NCBI GenBank assembly: GCA_965218975.1
Contig: OZ244717.1
Coordinates: 1,152,001 to 1,216,000 of the forward strand
Source of the DNA: Candidatus Oxydemutatoraceae bacterium
GTDB taxonomy: Bacteria; Pseudomonadota; Gammaproteobacteria; Poriferisulfidales; Oxydemutatoraceae
DNA length: 64,000 nt
Direction: 5' to 3'
Shown: positions 41,902-51,562 of the stretch, piece after piece
How positions within the stretch are numbered: the first letter of the stretch is position 1
How the letters are laid out: each line of letters opens with the position of its first letter
Translations under genes and position numbers: made by a program
Notes under the pieces: generated by a model
The model's input: the letters and a program-made list of their open reading frames with translations, nothing else
The model's database searches: none
Told to the model about the DNA's origin: nothing

Positions 41902-42651
41902 TTAAAAGGTGCGTGAAATAGTGAACACGATTCTATCGTCAATCTTAGCGGTGCCTTCGAAGAAATCCACATGATCATCATCCTCTTCAGTATCATGATA
42001 ACGTAAATCAAAATTGAAATCGTGGATGGTTTTAGTCAGTCCGATCTCCCAATGCGCGTATGAGTAGCCATCTGTTGCATCATCACCGTCGACATCCTGA
42101 TAGGCGAGTGCGACATCAAAGCCCCAATCATTACCTAATGAAAGCGCCAGCGTGCCTTTCAAATAAAAAGCGTCACCGTCTTCAAGAGTGAAGTCCGGAG
42201 AATAAGCGCCCATCAAACTGACATACGGTGAGAGCGCAGTGTCAAAGCCATGCCCCAATGTCAACCATAGTTCCACAAAGTCATACTCTGGTTCTCCGGA
42301 ATCTTCCGCACTTGGGAAATTGTAATATATCACCATGACGTCGTAGTCTAGGCCGCCTGCAGAGCTTGCGTAGCCAGCGTAATAGTCTAGCTCAAGTGAA
42401 CTATTAGGTAATTCAATATTAGACCCCCACACACCGGCATACCAATTGTTATAACTCCAGTCAAAGCTGCCTTGTATGGCCGGGTCTTCGCTAGTAAAGG
42501 ATTGGCCTCTGTAAATATAGTCTGTCGTCAAATAAATCGTATTGGAAAAATTTTCTTTTGCAAATGCACCTTCTGCGTACGCAGCGCCACTGCCGCCGCA
42601 TGTAAATAGTACCAACAGAGTCAATGTAGTGCGTGTAAAGTGAGATCGCAT
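41902..42651 (-). CDS. TorF/Gcw_chp-family outer-membrane beta-barrel protein
   Basis: Signal peptide, TDYIYRGQS..PAIQGSFD, ELDYYAGY, DLRYHDT, C-terminal Phe. Start at ATG 42651 with GGAGGG RBS. Confidence 0.82.
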   Translation of the reverse strand: MRSHFTRTTLTLLVLFTCGGSGAAYAEGAFAKENFSNTIYLTTDYIYRGQSFTSEDPAIQGSFDWSYNNWYAGVWGSNIELPNSSLELDYYAGYASSAGGLDYDVMVIYYNFPSAEDSGEPEYDFVELWLTLGHGFDTALSPYVSLMGAYSPDFTLEDGDAFYLKGTLALSLGNDWGFDVALAYQDVDGDDATDGYSYAHWEIGLTKTIHDFNFDLRYHDTEEDDDHVDFFEGTAKIDDRIVFTISRTF

Positions 42652-42835
42652 GATTTCCCTCCCTTCAAGGATGGTTATAAATACTTTGTAGAATCCGGTT
42701 AAAGAATCATCCGAAAGTCGGGGCAATCAATCAATGCCTTATACGTATTAATACAAACTAGGTAGCATTGATTATTAGGAACTATGTCAGTCCAAATATT
42801 ATTGCGCATATACTTCTATAAAAATTAAAAGATCA

Positions 42836-44968
42836 TTAAGCACATTTATCTTTCTCCAAAAGATCAATACATTCTTGCTCATCTATCATTTTAGAGACGT
42901 TATCTCCTTGGACGTAATCAATATCGGTATTGTTTAGAATACTAAGTTGTTCTTTGCTGTTTACACCTTTTGCAGTTACGCAAATTCCTAGATTGTGTGC
43001 TAACGCTGTAATCGCTCTAATAAATTTTCCTTGATCGTTAACGCAGTCATTTATCAGTGTTTGATCTAAGCGTAGTATATTGACCGGAGTCTTGCGTAAA
43101 ATGCTAAATGAATTTCTTCCGACTCCGAAATTATCCAATAATAGTTGTATATTTTTTTTGGCGATCGGTTTCAGCATACTTGCAACTGCACGTGGAGTGT
43201 TGTTTAAAACATTTTCGGATACGCCAACCACAAGGCTAAATGATGCAGGCTTAACGGATAATAATTGATCATGTAATCTTAAAATAGAATCTGCATCTAA
43301 CAACGTAGCGCCGGATATCTGAATGTTTAAAGTATCGTTTTCTATACCTTTTATCTCGGACCAGGTTTTAATTTGTTGGCTTGCTTGATTCAGCATCCAT
43401 TCCCATAGCGGTGTGATGAGCTGTGTATCTTCCGCATTCGGTATAAAATTTTCGGCATATAACATGCCGTGCCGAGGATGAGGCCAGCATAATCTGGCTT
43501 CGAGCCCGGTCAACTTGTTTTCTTTGAGCGAAATGATAGGCTGCCAATGCACTAACAGCTCATTACTGTCTAGCGCTCGTTCCAGGTCGGCTTCCGTTTG
43601 CGATTGTAAAGCGGCCTTCCCATGCTTTATTATGTCGGAAATTTCGTAACGGGCGCCACCCAACGCTCTGGCACGATTAACCGCGTTTTGGGCATCTGCA
43701 AGCACGTTGCTGATTTCTTTGTACTCCGCATCGCCAAAAACTATACCGATACTTGCCGTAGTAAATATTTCGTTGTCACCCACTGAAACAGGCGCTTGCA
43801 CTAGTTCTTGGATTTTATGGGTCATCGAAGTGACATTTTTGATATTGTAGCCGGATGACTCAACCAAGATACCGAGTTGGTTGTTCTGTAATTGACAGAT
43901 AGAATTTGATGGAGAAATTAGCTCATCAATTCGGTCACTAATTTCTTTTGTGACGTTATTCGCTGTCTGCAGGCCAAGATTTTTTTGTATTTCGTTATAT
44001 TGGTCAATATTGACTAATAATAACGTAAAAGCGTAATTTTCGCGTGCGATGGCCTTTTGTGTCGCATGTTGTAAGCGATCCAGAAATAAAGTTAAGTTCA
44101 ATAGATTTGAATTTTGTGGAGCTCTGATGTCATTGCGTAACACCTCTTGTTCAAATGTACTTTTTTCAAATGCCAGCATTACACCTTCAAACGCCAATAG
44201 CTCTCCTCCGGTAGTGAAGTTGCCTTTACCGCGATTTATTACCCATTGATAATCTCCGTCCGCTTTAACAATCCTATGTACAACCTCATACTTGCGTTTT
44301 TCTTGTAGCATATAGCGGACTGTCTCCCAAATATGGTTTTTATCATCCTGATGAATAAGATCGGTATAAGAGATACTGCGATTTTCCAGAAATTGTTCAG
44401 AATCGTAACCGGTTAATTCCTGACATCCCGAGCTAATAAATTCCATAGTTCTGTTTTGGTCGTTGCGGTAGCGATATAGCACTGCCGGAATACCATTTAC
44501 AAAATTACGCAAGCTTCGATACCTTGCTTCCAATTGTTCTTGCATGTGTGTTTGTTCGGTTACATCGGTTAAAGTGCCGACTATGTGTGGTGTTGAAATT
44601 CCGTTGTTGTCGAATGGCACTGCATTGGCGCGTACTACCAACCAACGAGGCTGACGATTTTTGTTAAGAAATCGAACCGCTACAGAATCTGAAGAAATAT
44701 TATTATTGCGAAACAAAGCTTGTATATACTCTTGTGTAATCGATTGATCCTTTGGGTGAATAAAATCAAGAAAGTGCTTGCCTATGGCTTCTTTTTGTGA
44801 AAAATCTGTCAGTCTTGTCCAACTCGAATTCAGGTATACCCACATACCTGAAGCGTCTAAGGAAAATACTACTTGCTGTAAAGTATTTAATAAATCTACT
44901 TTCTCAATATGAACTTTTCTTCCTATATTAGATTGTTCATGATTGAATTTGGTTTGAGGCTGTGTCAT
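42836..44968 (-). CDS. PAS-PAS-GGDEF-EAL protein with degenerate catalytic motifs
   Basis: Two PAS/PAC domains (IHPKDQ, IHQDD..WV); GGDEF position reads QNNQL; EAL domain has EAR, DNFGVG and AKGV. Confidence 0.85.
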   Translation of the reverse strand: MTQPQTKFNHEQSNIGRKVHIEKVDLLNTLQQVVFSLDASGMWVYLNSSWTRLTDFSQKEAIGKHFLDFIHPKDQSITQEYIQALFRNNNISSDSVAVRFLNKNRQPRWLVVRANAVPFDNNGISTPHIVGTLTDVTEQTHMQEQLEARYRSLRNFVNGIPAVLYRYRNDQNRTMEFISSGCQELTGYDSEQFLENRSISYTDLIHQDDKNHIWETVRYMLQEKRKYEVVHRIVKADGDYQWVINRGKGNFTTGGELLAFEGVMLAFEKSTFEQEVLRNDIRAPQNSNLLNLTLFLDRLQHATQKAIARENYAFTLLLVNIDQYNEIQKNLGLQTANNVTKEISDRIDELISPSNSICQLQNNQLGILVESSGYNIKNVTSMTHKIQELVQAPVSVGDNEIFTTASIGIVFGDAEYKEISNVLADAQNAVNRARALGGARYEISDIIKHGKAALQSQTEADLERALDSNELLVHWQPIISLKENKLTGLEARLCWPHPRHGMLYAENFIPNAEDTQLITPLWEWMLNQASQQIKTWSEIKGIENDTLNIQISGATLLDADSILRLHDQLLSVKPASFSLVVGVSENVLNNTPRAVASMLKPIAKKNIQLLLDNFGVGRNSFSILRKTPVNILRLDQTLINDCVNDQGKFIRAITALAHNLGICVTAKGVNSKEQLSILNNTDIDYVQGDNVSKMIDEQECIDLLEKDKCA

Positions 44969-44982
44969 TAATACGTAAAATG

Positions 44983-45666
44983 TTAATCGTTTACGAGGGA
45001 TGTATCACGTTTAATATTGTGATTTAATGCCCAAATAGCTGCTTCCAAACGAGAATGCACATTTATTTTGCGCAACAAGTTTTTCATATGGACTTTAACG
45101 GTCCCATTGCTGATATCAAGCTCCCTTGCAATCAATTTATTGGACATTCCTTCTGCAAGTAACGTAAGAATCTCAAATTCTCTTTTGGTGAGAGATGAGT
45201 TTTCAATACTTGGAGCAGGAGTGATTTGGTCATGCTTTAAGGAATTTGCCAATTTGTCTGCTAGATTTTGATCTAATATAACTTGCCCGTGTATTGTGCT
45301 TTTAATTTTTGAAAGTAGCACTTCGGGTTCCATGTCTTTTAGTAAATATCCGTTTGCACCGTGGCGCAGGGCTGCAACAAGGTCTTCTTCGGCATTGGAA
45401 ACGGTTAGTACGACAATGTGAGCATCTACTTCTGCTTTTCTTAGTTCTATTAAAGTTTCTATTCCCCCCATACCTTTCATATTTAGGTCTAGTAAAACAA
45501 GATCGGGCTCACGTTCTAAACAGAGCTTGATACCTTCTGAGCCGGATTGTGCTTCGCCTGCAAGTACAAGATCTGTTCCCATTTCCTCAATGAGTTGCGC
45601 GACGCCTTTTCTGAATAAAGGGTGGTCGTCTATAATGAGTACTGAAGTTTTTCGCGTGTTAGTCAT
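44983..45666 (-). CDS. NarL-family response regulator
   Basis: IDDHPLFRKG, LLDLNM, LTVS, GYLLKD, LuxR-type HTH (LTKRE..SNKLIA..TVKVH). Confidence 0.92.
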   Translation of the reverse strand: MTNTRKTSVLIIDDHPLFRKGVAQLIEEMGTDLVLAGEAQSGSEGIKLCLEREPDLVLLDLNMKGMGGIETLIELRKAEVDAHIVVLTVSNAEEDLVAALRHGANGYLLKDMEPEVLLSKIKSTIHGQVILDQNLADKLANSLKHDQITPAPSIENSSLTKREFEILTLLAEGMSNKLIARELDISNGTVKVHMKNLLRKINVHSRLEAAIWALNHNIKRDTSLVND

Positions 45667-45670
45667 TTAA

Positions 45671-46849
45671 TTAGACTTTATTTTTAGTCGCAAACATCAC
45701 GCTCGTACGCATTCCGCCGAGCGGGCTTGAATGAACACGAAAACTGCCGTCAAGACTATGTGCTCGTTGTTGCATAATAATCATCCCATGATGTTTATTT
45801 CGAGCAGGTGTTTTTTTTAAACCGATACCATCATCATCAATGTTTAGAATTATTTTATCGGGCGGCAAGGAATAGAGGGTAATTTCTGCACGATTTGCAT
45901 GCGCATGTTTCACGACATTGGTTAATGCCTCACGTACAATCTGCAGTACATGGATTTCTTCATCGGTAGTTAAATCTTCAACGGATAGTCTATTATCTAA
46001 GTGAAATGCTATGCTGCTACGGTTTTTAAATTCTTCGATAGAATCTTCAAGTGCGCCGGCTAAAGAGCCATAATTTATTGTTAACCTGAATGTAGTGATT
46101 AATTCCCGAAGCTCTTTGTAAGTAAGATTAATATTATTTCGCAACTCTTCGACGATTCCATCAATTGCATGGTTGTCTATATTTTGTGTTGCGACATTTT
46201 TTTTTAGTAAGTTTTGTAAGCGTGTGGCTTGAATTTTTATGTAGGATAGCGATTGAGCTAGCGAATCATGAAGTTCTCTGGCAATCAATGCACGTTCTTC
46301 ATGCAAAGCCATTCTCTTTTTTGTATAAGCTTGTTGTGTACTATTAAAAATATTGCCTAATATTTTAGAAAAGTATTCTAATTGCTGAGATGAGAAACTA
46401 CTGACATTAAAACCTTGATTTTTAAATTTTAAGAAAAGCAGTCCTTTGTTGCCTTGTTTTTCATCTAGTAACCTGATTAATATAATTTTATATCCATCTT
46501 TGTAATTGGTTATGCGCGCGATAGTATCAATGGGAATATTGTTTAAAAAATGTGAGAATATATAGGTATCGGATTCATTCGTAGTAGCGTGTAATGAAAA
46601 ACATCCGTTTTCTCTAATTTTGTATATGGCGCTGCCGACGGCGCCACTCGCCATTTCAAATTTTTCCAACAATATTTCAAATGGTCGTGAGGAACCCGGA
46701 TTATCAATAAGTTCTTTCAAAAAATCATTGATTAGCTCGAATTGGGAAAAATAGTTAAGATGCGAAACTTTGTTGTCGGGTGCATGGTTTTTATGTGCAT
46801 CGTTAAAACGCGAATTTAACTCTGAATGTTGAAAAAAGTTTGTCGTCAT
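45671..46849 (-). CDS. NarX/NarQ-like HisKA_3 histidine kinase without membrane anchor
   Basis: ERALIARELHDSLAQSLSY, EALTNVVKHA, DDGIG, HHGMIIMQQRA; no hydrophobic TM stretch. Confidence 0.88.
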   Translation of the reverse strand: MTTNFFQHSELNSRFNDAHKNHAPDNKVSHLNYFSQFELINDFLKELIDNPGSSRPFEILLEKFEMASGAVGSAIYKIRENGCFSLHATTNESDTYIFSHFLNNIPIDTIARITNYKDGYKIILIRLLDEKQGNKGLLFLKFKNQGFNVSSFSSQQLEYFSKILGNIFNSTQQAYTKKRMALHEERALIARELHDSLAQSLSYIKIQATRLQNLLKKNVATQNIDNHAIDGIVEELRNNINLTYKELRELITTFRLTINYGSLAGALEDSIEEFKNRSSIAFHLDNRLSVEDLTTDEEIHVLQIVREALTNVVKHAHANRAEITLYSLPPDKIILNIDDDGIGLKKTPARNKHHGMIIMQQRAHSLDGSFRVHSSPLGGMRTSVMFATKNKV

Positions 46850-47181
46850 TTAATAGTAAGTTATCAAAGGTGGATTGCTGTTAAATCAGTTTCATTGATC
46901 TGTACGAATTCTACCAGTTACGAGCAGTATCGTCATAAATTATTCGTTGGAAAATTCCGCGCGTATTTTTTGTCGGTAACGTCTGAAGGAAACGGGTAAA
47001 TAGGAATACTTATTTCTACTTATAACTTATTTGGTATTTCCGTTAAAGGTAGTCATGCGATAAATTGTAGGCGTACAAATGTTAAATTATTTATTTGTTT
47101 CCACTTGTTCTTTCAACGTACAAGATATTTAATTGATATTAACTTTAATGTAAATCCGATAAAGCAGGTCAGGAAGAAACT

Positions 47182-48288
47182 ATGGCAGTTGTACGACATT
47201 CGGCATTAGAATCTCGTCATCAAGCGTTGGGGTCGCCGCTTGGTGATTGGAATGGAATGGATGTTCCGTGGGAATATGATCAGGATGTGACGGTGGAGCA
47301 TCTTGCGGTTAGAAATGCCGCCGGGTTGTTTGATGTTTCCGGTCTTAAGAAAGTGCACATTGTCGGTCCGGAAGCATTAGCAGTTGCCGATTACGTATGT
47401 ACGCGAGATTTATCTTTGCTTTATCCGGGCAAATCCGTTTATGCCGTTATTTTGAATGAAGAAGGGTACATCACGGATGATTGCATTATGTTTCATATGT
47501 CACCCAATCATGTAATGATGGTGCACGGCGGAGGTACCGCCATGGAGCAATTACAAAAATCCGCCCCAGGGCGCGATGTCAATATTATTTTTGATGATGA
47601 TTTGCATGATATTTCTTTGCAAGGGCCCATTAGTGTGGATTTTTTAAATTTGCATACGTCTGTCGATTTAACCAAGCTGAAATATTTCCATCACCTTCCG
47701 GCTACTTTATTTGATCACCACTGTATGATTTCTCGCACCGGATACTCCGGGGAACGTGGTTATGAAATTTTTGCCAAAGCGAGCAATGTGGTTTCTATAT
47801 GGGATGCTATTTTAGAACATGGAAAATCAAGAGGAATTATTCCATGCTCTTTTAATTGTATAGATGCGATCCGCGTAGAAGCTGCATTGTTATTTTATCC
47901 GTACGATATGAATGAGAAAAATACGCCTTGGGAGGTTAATCTGGGATTTGCAGTGAGTAAAAATAAAAAAGCGGATTATCGAGGCAAGCATGCAGTGATG
48001 CAATCAATCGGCAAAGAAATAATCAAAACGTTTGGAGTTATCGCCGATTGTGAGTCGGCGGTTGATGCGGATGCTGAAGTATTTCATAACGGTAAAAAAG
48101 TTGGTGTTGTCACTGCGCCGGTTTTCTCACCGATAATGCATAAATCTCTTGCCATGGTACAGCTTCAGCCCGAGCTTGCAAAACAGGGTATTCATCTAGA
48201 GATCAAAGGCGGCAATACTTCCTGTTCTGCGATCACTTCTGAAATTCCTTTTTTGGATCCGAGCAAACAGAAGAGATCAGCACTCTAA
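47182..48288 (+). CDS. GcvT-family THF-binding aminomethyltransferase-like protein (DmmD-like)
   Basis: SALESRHQALG...WNGM, GLFDVSGL, SRTGYSGERGYE, RVEA. The N-terminus resembles the DmmD clade as I recall it. Confidence 0.8.
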   Translation: MAVVRHSALESRHQALGSPLGDWNGMDVPWEYDQDVTVEHLAVRNAAGLFDVSGLKKVHIVGPEALAVADYVCTRDLSLLYPGKSVYAVILNEEGYITDDCIMFHMSPNHVMMVHGGGTAMEQLQKSAPGRDVNIIFDDDLHDISLQGPISVDFLNLHTSVDLTKLKYFHHLPATLFDHHCMISRTGYSGERGYEIFAKASNVVSIWDAILEHGKSRGIIPCSFNCIDAIRVEAALLFYPYDMNEKNTPWEVNLGFAVSKNKKADYRGKHAVMQSIGKEIIKTFGVIADCESAVDADAEVFHNGKKVGVVTAPVFSPIMHKSLAMVQLQPELAKQGIHLEIKGGNTSCSAITSEIPFLDPSKQKRSAL

Positions 48289-48301
48289 AGCAACTTTAGA
48301 A

Positions 48302-49015
48302 TTGAAACCGATATATATATTTAGACACAATGAATATGTAAATGCCGGTTACTTTGCAGAAAAGCTAGAACGGAAAAATTTTGCTTACAAGCTGATCGCT
48401 ATTGATCAGGGCCATACGCTGCCAAACGACGTGGATAGCGCAAGCGGTTTGGCTTTTCTCGGCGGGACAATGAGTGTCAATGATTCATTGCCTTGGGTTA
48501 ATGATGAATTAAAGCTTGTTCAAAAAGCGGCACGGGATAAATTTCCTATTTTTGGGCATTGTTTTGGCGCCCAGTTAATTAGTAAAGCTTTAGGTGGCGA
48601 CGTAATTGCTATGCCTGCGAAAGAGGTCGGTTGGCATACGATTGGCTTTATCGATAATCATATTTCTCAACGCTGGTTTTCTCAATTACCTCGCGACATG
48701 GAAGCCTTATTGTGGCATGAAGACAGCATGACGATTCCCCCGAGTGCGGTGCCGCTTTATTCGACAGCGTTCTCTATACATCAGGCTTTTACCGTTGATA
48801 ACATCATCGCCACAATTCCGCATGTGGAAGTGACGACTTCTATGTTATTACAGTGGTTAAAATTATATTCTGAAGACTTAGTTCCGGTTTCTGAAAGTGT
48901 ACAGAGCGTACAAATGATCACTCAAAACCTTCGTCAGCGCATCAGTCGTATGCGATTGCTGACTGATGCGCTTTATGACAATTGGATCAGTATGGTTATC
49001 CGTTACAATAAATAA
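48302..49015 (+). CDS. Class I glutamine amidotransferase-like protein
   Basis: LGGTMSVND, nucleophile elbow GHCFGAQL, KEVGW, WH.D, H-x-E (PHVE). Confidence 0.88.
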   Translation: MKPIYIFRHNEYVNAGYFAEKLERKNFAYKLIAIDQGHTLPNDVDSASGLAFLGGTMSVNDSLPWVNDELKLVQKAARDKFPIFGHCFGAQLISKALGGDVIAMPAKEVGWHTIGFIDNHISQRWFSQLPRDMEALLWHEDSMTIPPSAVPLYSTAFSIHQAFTVDNIIATIPHVEVTTSMLLQWLKLYSEDLVPVSESVQSVQMITQNLRQRISRMRLLTDALYDNWISMVIRYNK

Positions 49016-49028
49016 ATATTTATTTACT

Positions 49029-50498
49029 TTACTCTACGGGCATAACCGGGTTTTGAATAGCGGGGTATCTTAGCTTTACTTCTCCGGTCAAATTCATAGC
49101 ATCCGGATTTTTCTCGCCGCGTTTTACATTATACGGATCAGAAAAAACACCATATTCCCCCGGTTCTACTTTATATACAATTTCCCGTTCACCGTACCCA
49201 ACATTGGCCAAGTACTTATGCGGATCATTCCATGATTTTCCGTCTAAGTTGGCAAAGAATTTTATGTCAATCAACACTGCATCGCACAAAGGTGTGACTT
49301 CTTCATAATTTGTAGGCCAACCGGCTGCACCTGTGGTTTTCGGATAGTTACTCCAATCTCCGCCTTTAAGCGGGCAAGCGCCGCCGCCGCCAAATGCGGC
49401 GCGGTTCGGATGGTGCACACCGTATAAAGGCAGGCCTTTTGCTATGGCCGTTCTTCCATTTTGTAAATGAAACCTCGGGTAATAAGTTACTTTTGTTTTT
49501 ACATGCTTGGCTTGGTTTCCTAAAGATTCAAAATATTCCCCATCGGGTCGTACATATTGAAAGTCTTGATTATCCGCATTATCGAATACAGCAGTGATGA
49601 ATAGATAAAGTTCATTAAAGAATGGCCGCTCAACCAAATAAAACTCGGCATTAGTTTTGTTTACATCAATCGCTTGCCAATTAACGTTTTCAGGCTCTTT
49701 ACCACCCGAATTTACCCAGGCGCTTGCATCAGGGAATAGGTCAATACGTAGCACTCTCGTATACAGCTCTTTGACATCAAGACCGGCACGTTCGCCTAAC
49801 GGGCCTACTTGATTTGCAGCAGGTTGCTTGAACGTGTAGTTTATTGCTTTTTGTGCATAAGGGTACCGATTGGCAGACATCGTGCAGTAAAAGTGCGGCA
49901 AGTCAATAGGAACGTGATTAGCATATTTTCCTTTGTACTTAGGATGATTTAAAGGCAAGTCGATAAAATTTAGTCTACCGTTTTCCGAGATGCGTTGATG
50001 AGGATGCTTATATCCGCCCCAACTTTCCTCGGGAATAAAATGGCTATATTGGTATTGATCTGCGATGGTTGCTAAATTTTTCTTAGCAAATAAGTCTACC
50101 CCGTCGGGCAAACCTTCAGCATCTTTTCTACGGTATTCACGTACGGTACCGTTATCTTGCACACGCCAAAGACCATGTTTACCTTCCCCAATCATAGTGA
50201 AGGTCTGTTCTATCACGTTTACGAACCGATAGGTGTAATTGGTATTCATATAGCCTGAATACACGGGAAGATGCGGGACTTTAGAGTGTGTAGTTTTCAC
50301 ACGCCCGGTACCGACTACCTCCTTTTGCTGATTTTCATCATCGATAATTTGGTCGCGCGTATAATAATACGGGTCCCCTCCCATCAAGTCAGTCAGTTTG
50401 CCTTCGATAGGCAGTAAATTTTGATCGTCCGCAGATATAGTAAACGTGCACAGCAGTAATGCTATGCATACTATGCATAGAAAATATAATTTTTGCAT
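49029..50498 (-). CDS. Hypothetical secreted protein (about 489 aa)
   Basis: Long ORF, GGAGAG RBS before ATG 50498, Sec-type signal peptide; no recognised domain. Confidence 0.75.
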   Translation of the reverse strand: MQKLYFLCIVCIALLLCTFTISADDQNLLPIEGKLTDLMGGDPYYYTRDQIIDDENQQKEVVGTGRVKTTHSKVPHLPVYSGYMNTNYTYRFVNVIEQTFTMIGEGKHGLWRVQDNGTVREYRRKDAEGLPDGVDLFAKKNLATIADQYQYSHFIPEESWGGYKHPHQRISENGRLNFIDLPLNHPKYKGKYANHVPIDLPHFYCTMSANRYPYAQKAINYTFKQPAANQVGPLGERAGLDVKELYTRVLRIDLFPDASAWVNSGGKEPENVNWQAIDVNKTNAEFYLVERPFFNELYLFITAVFDNADNQDFQYVRPDGEYFESLGNQAKHVKTKVTYYPRFHLQNGRTAIAKGLPLYGVHHPNRAAFGGGGACPLKGGDWSNYPKTTGAAGWPTNYEEVTPLCDAVLIDIKFFANLDGKSWNDPHKYLANVGYGEREIVYKVEPGEYGVFSDPYNVKRGEKNPDAMNLTGEVKLRYPAIQNPVMPVE

Positions 50499-50823
50499 GT
50501 TGTTCTCTCCAAATATTTTATGGTTGTTATTTTTAAATTTTATCGCCATTTTATAATTTGTCCGTAATAAAAATTTAGCCCAGACGAATTGTTTGTGAAG
50601 ACACTTTTATGCCCTTAAAGCACCTAAGTGCAACATTATTACCTCTTACTTGTCTTAATAATATAATATCCATGTAACTTAAACTATAAGTAGTACATAA
50701 TGTATGCGATAATCATCAACGGGTCGCTCAATAGTGTCAATTACTCTAAATTAATACCCTATTAGTAGTAATCAGCAGTTGTTATCTTTGCGCAACGGGG
50801 TAGGTATCAGTACGGCTATAAAC

Positions 50824-50937
50824 TTTGCCGTAGCCATAGTATTCCAACGATGCCCGGTTTCGGCGGACCCGGTAAAGCCCCCGGATTCGATAGCCTATGT
50901 GTTGGATTTGCAAGGCTGCTTCTCCTGTCGGGAGGAG
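50824..50937 (-). mobile_element. Truncated left end of a family-2 IS481 element
   Basis: Reverse complement of about 52377-52490 (encodes QIQHIGYRIRG); cut where the family-1 TIR begins. Confidence 0.85.
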
Positions 50938-51236
50938 TGTACAGTGCCAGATACATGTGGGATTCACGGCACGACTCAAAAAAGTGACCGATATGCAATA
51001 TCAGCACATTGACCACCGCATCAAAGGTTTCTATAACGAGCCAAATTTGCTTCAAAAATAGAAGCTCATGAGTACAACTGCTCAACAGAAACACGATGCT
51101 CTCATTTTGGGAGGGGTGTAACTCCGAACGCATTCAAGGTCGGTCGCAGTACTTTGTACCGCTGGCGCCAGCGTTATCGCCGCACTGGCTTCAGCGCCTT
51201 ACATGATCGCGGCAAAGCGCCACGTAAGAGGCCCAG

Positions 51237-51562
51237 CGGATTGTCAGCAAAGTGCTTGTCGTCCATGACGAGACTTGGTTCTGTCAATGAGCGCCAGCCC
51301 CGACGTCCTTGTTGGGTCGTTCGCCGCTGAAAACCGATCGGTTTTCCGGGCGCGTCTCACCCTGCGCTAGGCTTATCCGAATCTCGGCAGCAGTAAAATC
51401 TTTGAGCTGATGAAACCGTTTTGTGTTTGTTGCCGTGTTGTCGGCAAAGTGCCTGTCGTCCATGACGAGACTTGGTTCTGTCAATAAGCGCCAGCCCCGA
51501 CGTCCTTGTCGGGTCGTTCGCCGCTGAAAACCGATCGGTTTTCAGCGGCGCGTCTCACCCTG
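51237..51562 (+). repeat. Two single repeat units (ending 51364 and 51562) separated by a short transposase segment
   Basis: The segment between them encodes AYPNLGSSKIFELMKPFC. Confidence 0.95.

Noticed and set aside
44983-46849. True nitrate-sensing narXL
   Set aside because: The kinase lacks TM helices and the periplasmic P-box, and no nitrate reductase genes are in the window, so no gene symbols were assigned.
46895-46908. FNR box (TTGATCTGTACGAA)
   Set aside because: Only one half-site matches TTGAT-N4-ATCAA well; too weak in AT-rich DNA.
47182-48288. Glycine cleavage T protein (gcvT)
   Set aside because: No gcvH or gcvP adjacent, and motifs differ from canonical GcvT (DVSGL rather than DVSHM; GYSGERGYE rather than GYTGEDGFE).
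51405-51470. Hammerhead ribozyme suggested by CTGATGA next to the repeat
   Set aside because: CTGATGA is transposase coding sequence (E-L-M-K), is absent at several cassettes, and I could not build stem II with a following GAAA core.
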